From Lingula anatina (taxonomy: Eukaryota; Animalia; Brachiopoda): a DNA stretch of 64,000 nt. Under the pieces are notes generated by a model. The model saw nothing but the letters and a program-made list of their open reading frames with translations, was not told where the DNA came from and searched no databases. Of this stretch, positions 53,876 through 64,000 are shown in pieces. Made by a program: the position numbers and the translations under genes. How positions within the stretch are numbered: position 1 is the stretch's first letter; each line of letters starts with the position of its first letter. The stretch covers positions 16,120,001-16,184,000 of the forward strand of contig CM120641.1 of NCBI GenBank assembly GCA_051362555.1. The letters run 5' to 3'.

Positions 53876-56800
53876 ATGACAAGTGGTTTCCAGAAGTTTC
53901 GCCTCCTTCTGTGGAAGAACTATGTTTTGCAGAAGAGGAAACCAGTTGTAACATTCTTTGAGATCTTTCTCCCAGCCATCTTTGCTGTTATTCTTGTGCT
54001 GGTTCGAATGAGGGTAGAATCTTTTAATATAGATCATCCAACAACATGGGATTCATTCAAAGTGAACAGTTTGGACCCTGTCACTTTCAGTTTCTTCAAA
54101 AGTTCACCTCCCAAAGTTGCTTACACACCAGTAAACAATATTACTACAGAGATTGTTACCAGGGCTTATCAGTATCTAGGACAAAGTGAAAGTAAGTAAC
54201 CTTTCAATTCCACGCTGGATTGACAAATTTGGAAATAATCTAAATGCCTTACCTTACTGATTTTCTCTCTTGTAACATCTTTTTAACACCATGAAATATT
54301 TCACAACCACTATTTCTTTCAGTTTTATGTAAGTAAAGATGAGGTACATTTTTTATTTTATTAAATTTATATTTATTTATTAATTTATTTTTGTGAAATT
54401 GTAATATATACACAGATGAATTTTTTTTTTCAAATGAAAAAGATATAGAAGGGAAAATACTAAAAAAATGTGTGACTTAAAGGAGGGAAGAGTACTGAGG
54501 TCACTTTACAAATTGGTGTCTTATTACTATTTTTACAATAAGATAGCATTAAGCATCACTTTTAGATTTTTTTAATAACTATTTTCTCCCAATTTTTTCA
54601 GGCTCAATTGAGGGCTTTGCCAGTGAAGAGGCTCTGGTAGAGCATGTCATGTTCAACAATATCACCACAGATCTCACAAGTCAATTCATGGCTGGGATAG
54701 TATTTACATCTCCATTCACTAATGAGAAAACGGTTCCATTCAATATCTCCTACACTTTGAGGTTCAGTTTCTCTCCCCGAACTGCTTCTCCAATCAAAGT
54801 GAATGGTTTTGTCACAGAAAAATGGAAAACAGAGTCTGAGTTTTCAATTTTCCAAAAGATAGGACCCAGGGAGGCTAACAGTTCAGATGGAGGAAAACCA
54901 GGTATGATACACAAGATAATACCAAAATGCCAGTGGAAACTATCAAGACTGTAAGCATACAAATTTTGTACTTGGAGTTATCTTTCTTTTTATGTACAGA
55001 CACAGATGTGTCTGTACATATTGCCATCACCTGCGTCTGTCGTCGCCGATGGCGATGGCGATGGCGATGGCGATGCCGATGCCGGCGCCGTGCACTTTCC
55101 TTGTAAACACGATAAGTGGAGGGCAGTTTTACTTTTTAGCTTTATATTAACAGAGCTGATGAATATTCATAAAACGCAGGTCAAGTTCGAAAATCAGCAT
55201 GATCGGGCCATTATTGTAGAAGTTATGCTGTTTTTTCACTTTTCAGCATATTTTTCACATTTCCTCAGATTCAATTCTTAGGCATGTTAACAGTCTCATT
55301 ATTAAACTAATAAGATACGTAAAAGTTTTTGTTTGACATTTCCTGCATCTTTACAACATTGTTAGTTGATTTTGTAAAAATGATGGTAAACTTGTTATCG
55401 TGTATTGTGTAATAAAGTGTCAAAAATGGAAATAAACACATATCATTGCAGTTTGTCAGATTCAATCATCCACTATGTTCAGAATCTCATAATGGAAGAA
55501 ATTGGACATTTAACACTGCTCTGTTGATATTTTTCCCATCTCATCAATTTTCTTAGTTGATCATATAAAAATGGCAGTAAACTGTTAATTTTGTTTTATG
55601 TTAAAAATTGTTAAAAATTGAAAAAAAAAAAAAAAACATTTCAGAACAGTGCTGTCTTGTTTACATTTTGGCATTTTCAAGTTGTGACTTTGAAATTCCA
55701 TGGGCCTGAAGACCTTTGCTAGTCACATTTTCTGAATATCCATGATACTAATATTTTATTATTAAAAATTGATGGTCATCATGCTGTTAAACATTATGTA
55801 ATATTGCATCAAAATTTGAAAAAAACCTATTTTGGGCACTGCTCCCATGATGACCATTTAAGAAAAACCATGTCACTTACTGTTCTCAAACAGTACAGTA
55901 AATATATATAGATGTGTCTGTACTTATTGCCATCACCTGCGTCTGTCGTCGCCGTCGTTGCCGTGCACTTTCCTTGTAAACACGATAAGTGGAAGGCAGT
56001 TTTACTTTTTGGCTTTATATTTACAGAGCTGATGAATATTCATAAAATGCAGGTCAAGTTCGAAAATCAGCATGATCGGGCCATTATTGTAGAAGTTATG
56101 CTGTTTTTTCACTTTTCAGCATATATGCAACACTGTAAACACATTTCAACGAAAAACCGATAGGCCTGTTGTCATGAAACTCACAGGAAAAATTGATCTT
56201 ACTAAAACGCAGGTCAAGTTCGAAAATTGGCATGATCGGGCCACTATTTTAGTAGTTATGCTTTTTTTTCTTTTTTCAGCATATATGCAACACTGTAAAC
56301 ACAATATAAGAAAAACAGATAGGCCAATTGTCATTAAACTCACAGGAGTGGTCAATCCTGCTAAAACGCAGGTTAAGTTCAAAAATCAGCATAATCGGGC
56401 CATTATTTTAGAAGTTATGCTGTTTTTTACATTTCCTTAGATTCAATTCTTAGGCATGTTAACAGTTTCATTATTTAATTAATAAGATATGTAAAAGTGT
56501 TTTTTTGACATTTCCTGCATCTTTACAACATTGTTAGTTGATTTTGTAAAAATGATGTTAAACTTGTTATTGTGTATTGTGTAATAAAGTTTCAAAAATG
56601 GAAATAAACTCATATCATTGCAGTTTGTCAGATTCAATCATTCACTATGTTCAGAATCTCAGAATGGAAGAAATTGGACATTTAACACTATTCTATTGAT
56701 ATTTTTCCCATCTCATCAATTTTCTTAGTTGATCATATAAAAATGGCAGTAAACTGTTAATTTTGTTTTATGTTAAAAATTGTTAAAAATGGAAATAAAC

Positions 56801-59800
56801 CCATTTCAGAACAGTGCTGTCTTGTTTACATTTTGGCATTTTCAAGTTGTGGCTTTGAAGTTCCATGGGCCTGAAGACCTTTGCTAGTCACATTTTCTGA
56901 ATATCCATGATACTAATATTTTATTCTTAAAAATTGATGGTCATTATGCTGTTAAACATTATGTAATATTGCATCAAAATTTGACAAAACCTATTTTGGG
57001 CACTGCTCCCATGATGACCATTTAAGAAAAACCATGTCACTTACTGTTCTCAAACAGTACAGTAAATATGTACAGATGTGTCTGTACATATTGCCATCAC
57101 CTGCATCTGTCGTCGCCGTCATCGCCGTTGCCGGCACCTTGCACTTTCATTGTAAACACGATAAGTGGAAGGCAGTTTTACTTTTGGGCTTTATATTTAA
57201 AGAGCTGATGAATATTCATAAAACGCAGGTCAAGTTCAAAAATCAGGATGATCGGGCCATTATTGTAGAAGTTATGCTTTTTTCTTTCACTTTTCAACAT
57301 ATATGCAACACTGTAAACACATTTCAAGGAAAAACCGATAGGCCTGTTGTCGTGAAACTCTCAGGAGTAATCGATCTTACTAAAACGGAGGTCAAGTTCG
57401 AAAATCAGCATGCAGCCTGAGTTGGAAAAGCAGTCTAATTGGCTTCTTTTTCTGTAAGTTATACATTTTCAAAGTGTGAACTTGAACTCTCATGGGCCTG
57501 AAGCCTTATGCTTGTTACACATTTTACTTTCATTGGTATTACCTGTTGAGCATAATTAAAATTTGATGTTGAATTTATAGTTTAACATAATGTACTTTTG
57601 CATCAAAATTGACAGTAGCCTATTTTGTGCATAGTTATTTCCTGCTTTTTGTCTGTACATTTGACAGCTTTGCTGCCTTGTTCTCTCTTTTAGCTTATAA
57701 CTCTTAAGTATTTTAAGACATTTTCACTTCCATAAAGTAATTTTTTTACTGACCGAGTTACATTTTCACACAAACTTATTAACATTGTTACCACATTTGG
57801 CACTTATAGGTTATTACCAGCAGGGATTTCTACCACTCCAGCATGCCATAGATGTTGCTATAGTCCAGCTGCTGAACTCCTCCTTTGTGCCAGAAGACAA
57901 AATTAAACTGTCTCTGAGACGCTTTCCCTATCCACCATACTTACAAGACAACTTTGTTCTGATAATCCAGCAACAGCTCCCATTGATACTCATGATGAGC
58001 TTTGTCTTTGCTGCCCTGCAAATTGTCAAAGACATTGTCCATGAAAAAGAGAGGAGGTTAAAAGTAAGCTGGGACATTTTTGTCTGATTTTCTCTTGGAG
58101 ATAAAAAGTAACCTGCAGTTCGAAATTGCAGATAGCTATATGTGTCATTGTTTTATGCCTATAAGTAACATAGTAAGCACAATTGAAAAATAATTCAGGA
58201 AGTGAGCATCTCTCTTTCTTATATTTAACACTGTTTTACACCTGTTTAGAAAGTGCGATTAAAATATTAATTATCATTTCTAAAAAGTATATTTTCATGT
58301 ACATTTTACTTAGGAATCAATGAAAATGATGGGCATGGGTAACTGGTTACACTGGGCAGCCTGGTTTGTCAAGTACTTCCTCTTCCTCCTCATTGATGTG
58401 GCCATCATGACAGTACTGTTCTGTATCAAAGTGGGAGAAAATAGCACAGCTGTGGTGGGGAAGAGCGACCCATCTGTTATACTTGTGTTTTTGGTTGTGT
58501 ATTCCATATCTAGCATTGCCTTTTGCTTCTTGGTCAGTGTGCTTTTCAAAAAAGGTTGGTGTAGATATATATATATATAATGTACTTAGGCTTCGTTCAC
58601 ATGGAAAGTATATTTTCTAAAAATCTATTTTCTATTCTCGGTATCTTATGATCACGGTCTGTGCCCTGAATATCCCCCGGCGTAATTACTGGCTTATAGT
58701 ATCTGGCTCGCGCTGCCAGTAATTACGCCGTGGGACATTCAGGGCACAGACCGTGATCACAAGATATACCGCAAATAGAAAATAGATTTTTAGAAAATAT
58801 ACTTTCCATGTGAACGAAGCCTAATATTAGAGTATTTTATATTCTTTTATGTGTAATCAAGTTTGCAGACTTGTCATTTCAGACATGTTTGTCTGTTTGA
58901 TATTTTTTATTTTTACTCTAACAAATAAGATATTTAATGATTTAAGGAAAATTCATATTATTGAAGAAAAAAATGGTTTGATAATAAATCAAATATGCCC
59001 TTGTATCAACATATATGGTATTGCCTTTCTGAGAGGATATGGTGGCCTTGAAAAAGGCCTTTTAGTTTTAAGTTGGACACATTGTTCCTACTGTGGAAAA
59101 CACATGTTGTACTGAGATCTCTGTAGTGCCTCAGCCTCTTCAGACACTCTGAGTGCATACTCATAGTACATCTGCTTCACTCCAAAGAGAGTGGTGATCT
59201 TCTGACGAAGGCTGTAGCAAGATGCATGTCTACTGCTCATTGTTGCTCTGTAGTAACGTTGCTTGAGATCCTGGATGTGTTTTTCCAGGACTTGTATTAG
59301 ATGTAGAGCTTTGGTAAATTTAGCATGCATGATAGTCAGTTGATCCTCAGTGTAGTCAGGATCCAGTTTTTGGTCGTCATCATAAAATACGCTGTCATGA
59401 GAGAAACTGTCAACATCAGAAAGCTCTTCTGATTCAAAGCTGTCCCTCTCCCACTGGTTGCTGTCAATCTGAAGAATACTGGTCTGGTCTTCCATTTTGG
59501 CAAATTGGAGAAAATGTGCAAAAGTACTACTTTAGTCTTTTCACAGTGAGACTTAATTCTTAAGTAATGAGCAGAGAGTGAATTTTGCAACTTATATAGG
59601 CAAATTCACAATGATGTTTATGTAATGCATCAAAATATATGGCTTCACTGGATTCACCTGAGAAATTGATTTATGAAAAGCCCTCTGAAAGTCTGCAGTT
59701 TTCCAGTTGACTGAATGTTCATCAGTAAAAGAGAACTATTATGTCTTTGATCTGGTGAAACAACACCTGTGGCCAGGTGAATTATCTCACCTATTGTCTA

Positions 59801-62800
59801 TCAGTTAAGTGCTTACCATCCACAGGTAATTGTTTCTGCTTTGATCACCCATTGAAAAGAATATCCTATATGGTAGCTAATGTGACAGCAATTATGTGTG
59901 ATCACTACCTGACTGATCAGGTAGAATTTTATTTCTTGCCATGCCATGGCTTCTTCATTCATCCTAACATCTTCTCCTGTAATGTTAAATTAATAGCTAC
60001 ACAAGGCTTTGATGAACCACCTTTTCAGATTAACAAGGTTAAACACTTGTAAAAAAAATTGAAAAATATAATTGTTATGGTATTTATTCAAACAAGTGTC
60101 TTTTACTTTTTAGCAAACTCTGCTGCAGCCGCAGGAGGAATTCTATTTTTCCTCACTTATGTACCATACAGTTTCATTCAACCTCGGTATGGCACTATGA
60201 ATCTGACAGAGAAAGTTGCATCCTGTCTCATTTTCAACGTTGGCATGTCATTTGGGGGGCAGTTAATAGGAATGTTTGAAGGTGCTGGTAAGTATCGAGA
60301 AAGGACAAATTCAGTGACTCTTATAGGAGTTATTCATTGATAATTATTTTAGTTTAGATTAGTTAGCTAAAATCTGCCAATAGTCTAAACCAGATTTTTC
60401 TAAGAATCTAATGTCTTTTCTCTCACATTCATGCAATTTTCAAATGTAGAATATGTCTCTTTAAAATATAATTTGGATATTTGACAACCTGCCAACTCTG
60501 AATTTCAACTTGTTCAATTAAAGGTGCTGGTGTCCAGTGGTATAACATAGCCCAGGGTGTGTCTGTGGATGATAACTTCACCATGCTACATATCCTGGTA
60601 GTTCTTCTGGTTGACTCTGTCCTCTACATGCTGCTGGCTTTTTACATCGAAGCTGTCTTCCCTGGAGAGTTTGGTCTACCACAGCCATGGTATTTTCCTG
60701 TCACTGTAAGTTTTCAAAGCATATATCTTCTTGTGGAATTTTGTTTAGCAGTTAATTAATAGAAAAGTAAAGAAGGGTGAAGAAGATTTTCCAATATTTT
60801 CAACAGGAGCATAAATAGATAAGGTAATTTCTTGTTTTGCATCATAGCTCTCAAAGCTACAAAATTACATTCAGGAATCTTTAGCTTTTAAGTGACTTTT
60901 TATTGATTGTGTTTAACTTTAATGTAGAGATCCTTCTGGTGTGGTACCAAGCAGAAGAAGGTCTATGTTATGGAGGATGAGGAATGTGCGCCACTAATGA
61001 AACATGCCACAGGAGCTCAGAACCACTCCGAATATTTTGAGAAAGATCCTTCAGGATTGCATGCTGGGATAAGAATAATGAACTTGAGAAAGGTAAGTAC
61101 TTATTGTGTTTGAGGTATGAGTAATTTGTATTTGTATTGCTAAGTCACAGTAGAGGACTTGTGCCAAGTATGCAAAATATCATTGGCTAGTTTAGCAATT
61201 GAAAAAAAAAAGTTTATGTTTTAGATTATCAGGTGCTAAATATTTGAAATGATGGGTCATATGTTGTCAACTTTTTTCTTGTATTTAAATACTAATATTA
61301 AAAGGAATCTTTTACAGGAATTTCACAAAAAAGTTGCCGTGGCTGGCACCTCATTGAATATGTATGAAGGTCAGATCACAGCTCTGCTGGGGCATAATGG
61401 CGCTGGGAAGACAACTACAATGTCCATGCTCACAGGTTAGCATGATCTATAGTGAAGTATAGTTTCAGCATGTAGAACAAGAAGATCAGCCTTCCTCCTG
61501 GGAATATGTTCGTTTCTTCTTTTGTATAATAATACATCCAACGCAGAAAATAATGTAACAAAACTATTTTTTTAAGGAATGTACCAGTAACACTCTTGCT
61601 GCAAGGATCCAGTGTTGAAAGGAAATGATTAATTTGAAAACTGATTATAAAAAAAACAAGAAATATTATAATTAGTTTCTATAAAAGATTCCATTTGATT
61701 AATGCTTTAAGAAAAAAGCTACAATTCTAAAAAGTGTCTTTCTTACAGGTTTCCTGCCGCCAACCAGTGGTACAGCAGTGTTGAATGGCTATGATATACT
61801 AGAGGACATAGGCAGTGTACGCAGCAGCCTGGGTCTCTGTCCTCAACATGATGTCCTGTTTGATACTCTAACAGTAGAGGAACACTTGGAGTTCTTTGCT
61901 AAGGTGTGTTTTGATTATATGTTGAAATGCCCTTAACAAAATCTGAAAAAACACCCCTGACTTCTCACTCTGATAATATTGATTAATATTTTAATTATCA
62001 TTGTTGATATGTTACATTTTGGAAATATGGGTGGATGTCTTGATGCCCTTTTTTCATTGGTACTTATTTGAATTGGAAATATACCCAGTGTGTAAATACA
62101 AAAAAAAAATTGCTTCTAAATCACCGAATATTTTTCCAGTTGCAGTTCAACCAAAAGCATCTAAATGTCTGTTTTTTGTCTGATTTACAGCTGAAAGGTT
62201 TCCCAGTCAGCCAAATGAATGAGGAGATCACCAGGATCCTGGACACACTGGGCCTTTCTCCCAAGAGACATGCCCAGTCTAAAACACTGTCTGGGGGGAT
62301 GAAAAGGAAGCTCTCTGTGGGAATTGCTTTAATAGGAGGATCTAAAGTAAGGGCAGGAAAAAGTTTATTTTACACATCAGTTTTTTTTAATCAGACTTTT
62401 TTGAAATGATGAACCCTTAAAAACAGTTATCAAATTTACACTGATGCTAAATCAGAGCAATGGACTAATGCAAAATTCTGTATGAAAAAATAACTTTTAC
62501 AGGTCCTAATTTTGGATGAGCCTACCTCTGGAATGGATCCCGATGCCAGACGTCACACCTGGGAGATCCTGCAGCAGCAGCGAGAGGGACGCACAATCCT
62601 TCTCACCACCCATTTCATGGACGAGGCAGATGTCCTGGGAGATCGCATAGCCATCATGGCAGATGGTGTGGTACAGTGCTGTGGATCCTCCTTGTTTCTG
62701 AAGAATAAGTATGGTGAGTATGCTATAGAACCTTGAATACAATTCAAAACATTCTTTATTGATTTGTTATCATCAGTCTCAGACTTAAGAAGTTGAGGGT

Positions 62801-64000
62801 TATGAAACTTGTGGAAAAGCATAAAGCTGAAGCCTTTTTTATAACCAGTTCTGTAAACCACAAAATTTTCTCATCAATTATATTTTTGAAATATTCTGAA
62901 AGATTAATTAAACACATTTAACATATTTATTTTGACTGATTTATTTTGGTTAATTATCTTTTTAAAAATGTAATTTGTGAATCTTTTGGCTGCAGGTGCT
63001 GGTTACCACATGGTCATAGTTAAAGAACCCAACTGCGTGGTCTCCAAAATAACAGACATCATAAAGAAATATGTACCTGGTGCAGCAATCGAGAGCAATG
63101 TTAGTGCCGAGTTGTCCTACATCTTACCCCATGACAGCTGTGACCAGTTTGAGGGGTTGTTTTCAGACCTGGAGCTCATGAGGGAAGATCTGGGAATTGC
63201 CAGCTTTGGAGCATCTGTCACTACCATGGAGGAGGTGTTTCTTAAGTGAGTCTTGAAGCTGATATCAGTGAGCAATAATGTCTATTCATAAAAGCAATAT
63301 AGATGTCAAATCAGTAAACAAATGTGCTTGAGATTAAGTTTTGGGATGAAATTTACATACGGTAATGACTTGATCTTTTCAGTGGGCAAAAATTATTGAC
63401 TTTCAGATATTTAAAAATCACAAAAATTATTTTTCTTTATATCATTTGTGGTGCTTTTACTGCATAGAAAAGAATTATAGAGTAGCCTGCTTTTTAATTT
63501 TGTTGCTACCACTGAATAGGAATGTTCTAATTTTAACAAATTATGACTTAAAAGATACAGTATCTGTAAAATTCACAGTTTTCTCCCATTGAAAAGATTG
63601 AGTAATTACCCTACATTCTTACATTTTAAAAAACTTTTATGTTCAGAGTTGGAGAATTTTCCCACAATGGGCATGATTCATCTGGAGAGTATGAGTCTAC
63701 ATCGTATAGTGTTCCAATGAATTCAGCAGTAAATGGTCACATCCCAAGCATTGAACCTGAGGACAGCGGTAAGTCAGGTAGGAGTAGAGCTTGCTTGTGC
63801 AATAAAACACTGCTTCATATCAAGTGAAATAATTATTACCATCTTTGATTAGCATATAAAAATATATTTGAATCCCCATTAATGTGAATCATGAGTTTTG
63901 TTTGATTTTTCTTTCAGCTTTTGTTGAAGATACCAAATGTAACAGGGGTTTTGCCTTATACACACAGCAGTTTTATGCCATGTTTGTCAAGCACATTCTC
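53876..64000 (+). CDS. ABCA3: ABC transporter subfamily A, ABCA3-like; 3'-truncated by the window edge. Exons approximately 53876-54191, 54602-54901, 57810-58063, 58314-58554, 60113-60287, 60524-60705, 60928-61092, 61318-61435, 61749-61903, 62191-62346, 62503-62713, 62996-63245, 63647-63768, 63918->64000
   Basis: N-terminal [31 protein letters not shown]|[19 protein letters not shown], Walker [17 protein letters not shown], signature LSGGMKRK, Walker [21 protein letters not shown] and VTTMEEVFL. The short first extracellular domain fits ABCA3; orthology was not tested. Confidence 0.9.
54991..57682 (+). mobile_element. Helentron/HINE-like element with three tandem internal units, in an ABCA3 intron
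   Basis: 5' hairpin TATGTACAGACAC-AGAT-GTGTCTGTACATA, a (GGCGAT)n/(CGTCGC)n tract, and GGTCAAGTTCGAAAAT subrepeats. Units restart at 55005, 55911 and 57075. It ends with subTIR GTCTGTACAT (57651-57660) plus the small hairpin GACAGCTTTGCTGCC. Confidence 0.75.
58589..58821. mobile_element. 233-bp near-perfect palindromic MITE (PIF/Harbinger-like)
   Basis: ~105-bp arms starting GGCTTCGTTCACATGGAAAGTATATTTTCTAAAAATC, with their reverse complement. Flanks are TTA / TAA. Confidence 0.9.
59088..59495 (-). CDS. Intronless 135-aa gene nested antisense in an ABCA3 intron (acidic N-terminus, helical C-terminus)
   Basis: ATG in AAAATGG context, higher GC than the flanking intron, TATATAA at 59598-59592 with a TCATT initiator ~28 bp downstream, and AATAAA on the minus strand near 58906. 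Protein has an acidic tract then [19 protein letters not shown]...YSLRQKI...[10 protein letters not shown]. Confidence 0.72.
   Translation of the reverse strand: MEDQTSILQIDSNQWERDSFESEELSDVDSFSHDSVFYDDDQKLDPDYTEDQLTIMHAKFTKALHLIQVLEKHIQDLKQRYYRATMSSRHASCYSLRQKITTLFGVKQMYYEYALRVSEEAEALQRSQYNMCFPQ
59566..59924 (-). promoter_or_regulatory. TATA/Inr core promoter and clustered CACCTG/CAGGTAG motifs of the nested gene
   Basis: TATATAA (59592-59598), CACCTG (~59655), CACCTG-TGGC-CAGGTG (59764-59779), CAGGTAA (~59823) and CTACCTGA-CTGA-TCAGGTAG (59905-59924). Confidence 0.5.

Noticed and set aside
55006-57420. Repeated [12 protein letters not shown] ORFs as a tandem gene family
   Set aside because: They are translations of the HINE repeat units, with variable stops and frames.

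Overview
AT-rich, intron-rich animal genomic DNA. The repeat content suggests a lophotrochozoan, possibly a mollusc; this is an inference. Gene order: the 3' part of a GPx3-like glutathione peroxidase (+) with a type II SECIS; complete mitochondrial aconitase ACO2 (+) carrying two tandem, mutually exclusive versions of one 106-nt exon just before an Fe-S ligand Cys; RPS2 (-) with a 5'TOP leader, an intronic tRNA-Arg(TCG) and a candidate intronic C/D snoRNA; a 31-exon, ~1,200-aa membrane protein of unrecognised family (+), head-to-head with RPS2; SPSB3 (-); and the 5' half of an ABCA3-like transporter (+) with an intronless gene nested antisense in one intron. Mobile DNA includes PIF/Harbinger-type MITEs, a 3-kb TA-target DNA transposon whose empty site is also in the window, two Helentron/HINE-like elements (one with a 146-bp satellite array) and a LINE 3' fragment. 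All gene models were spliced and translated by eye. No database searches were run, and similarities to human genes and rRNA are recalled.
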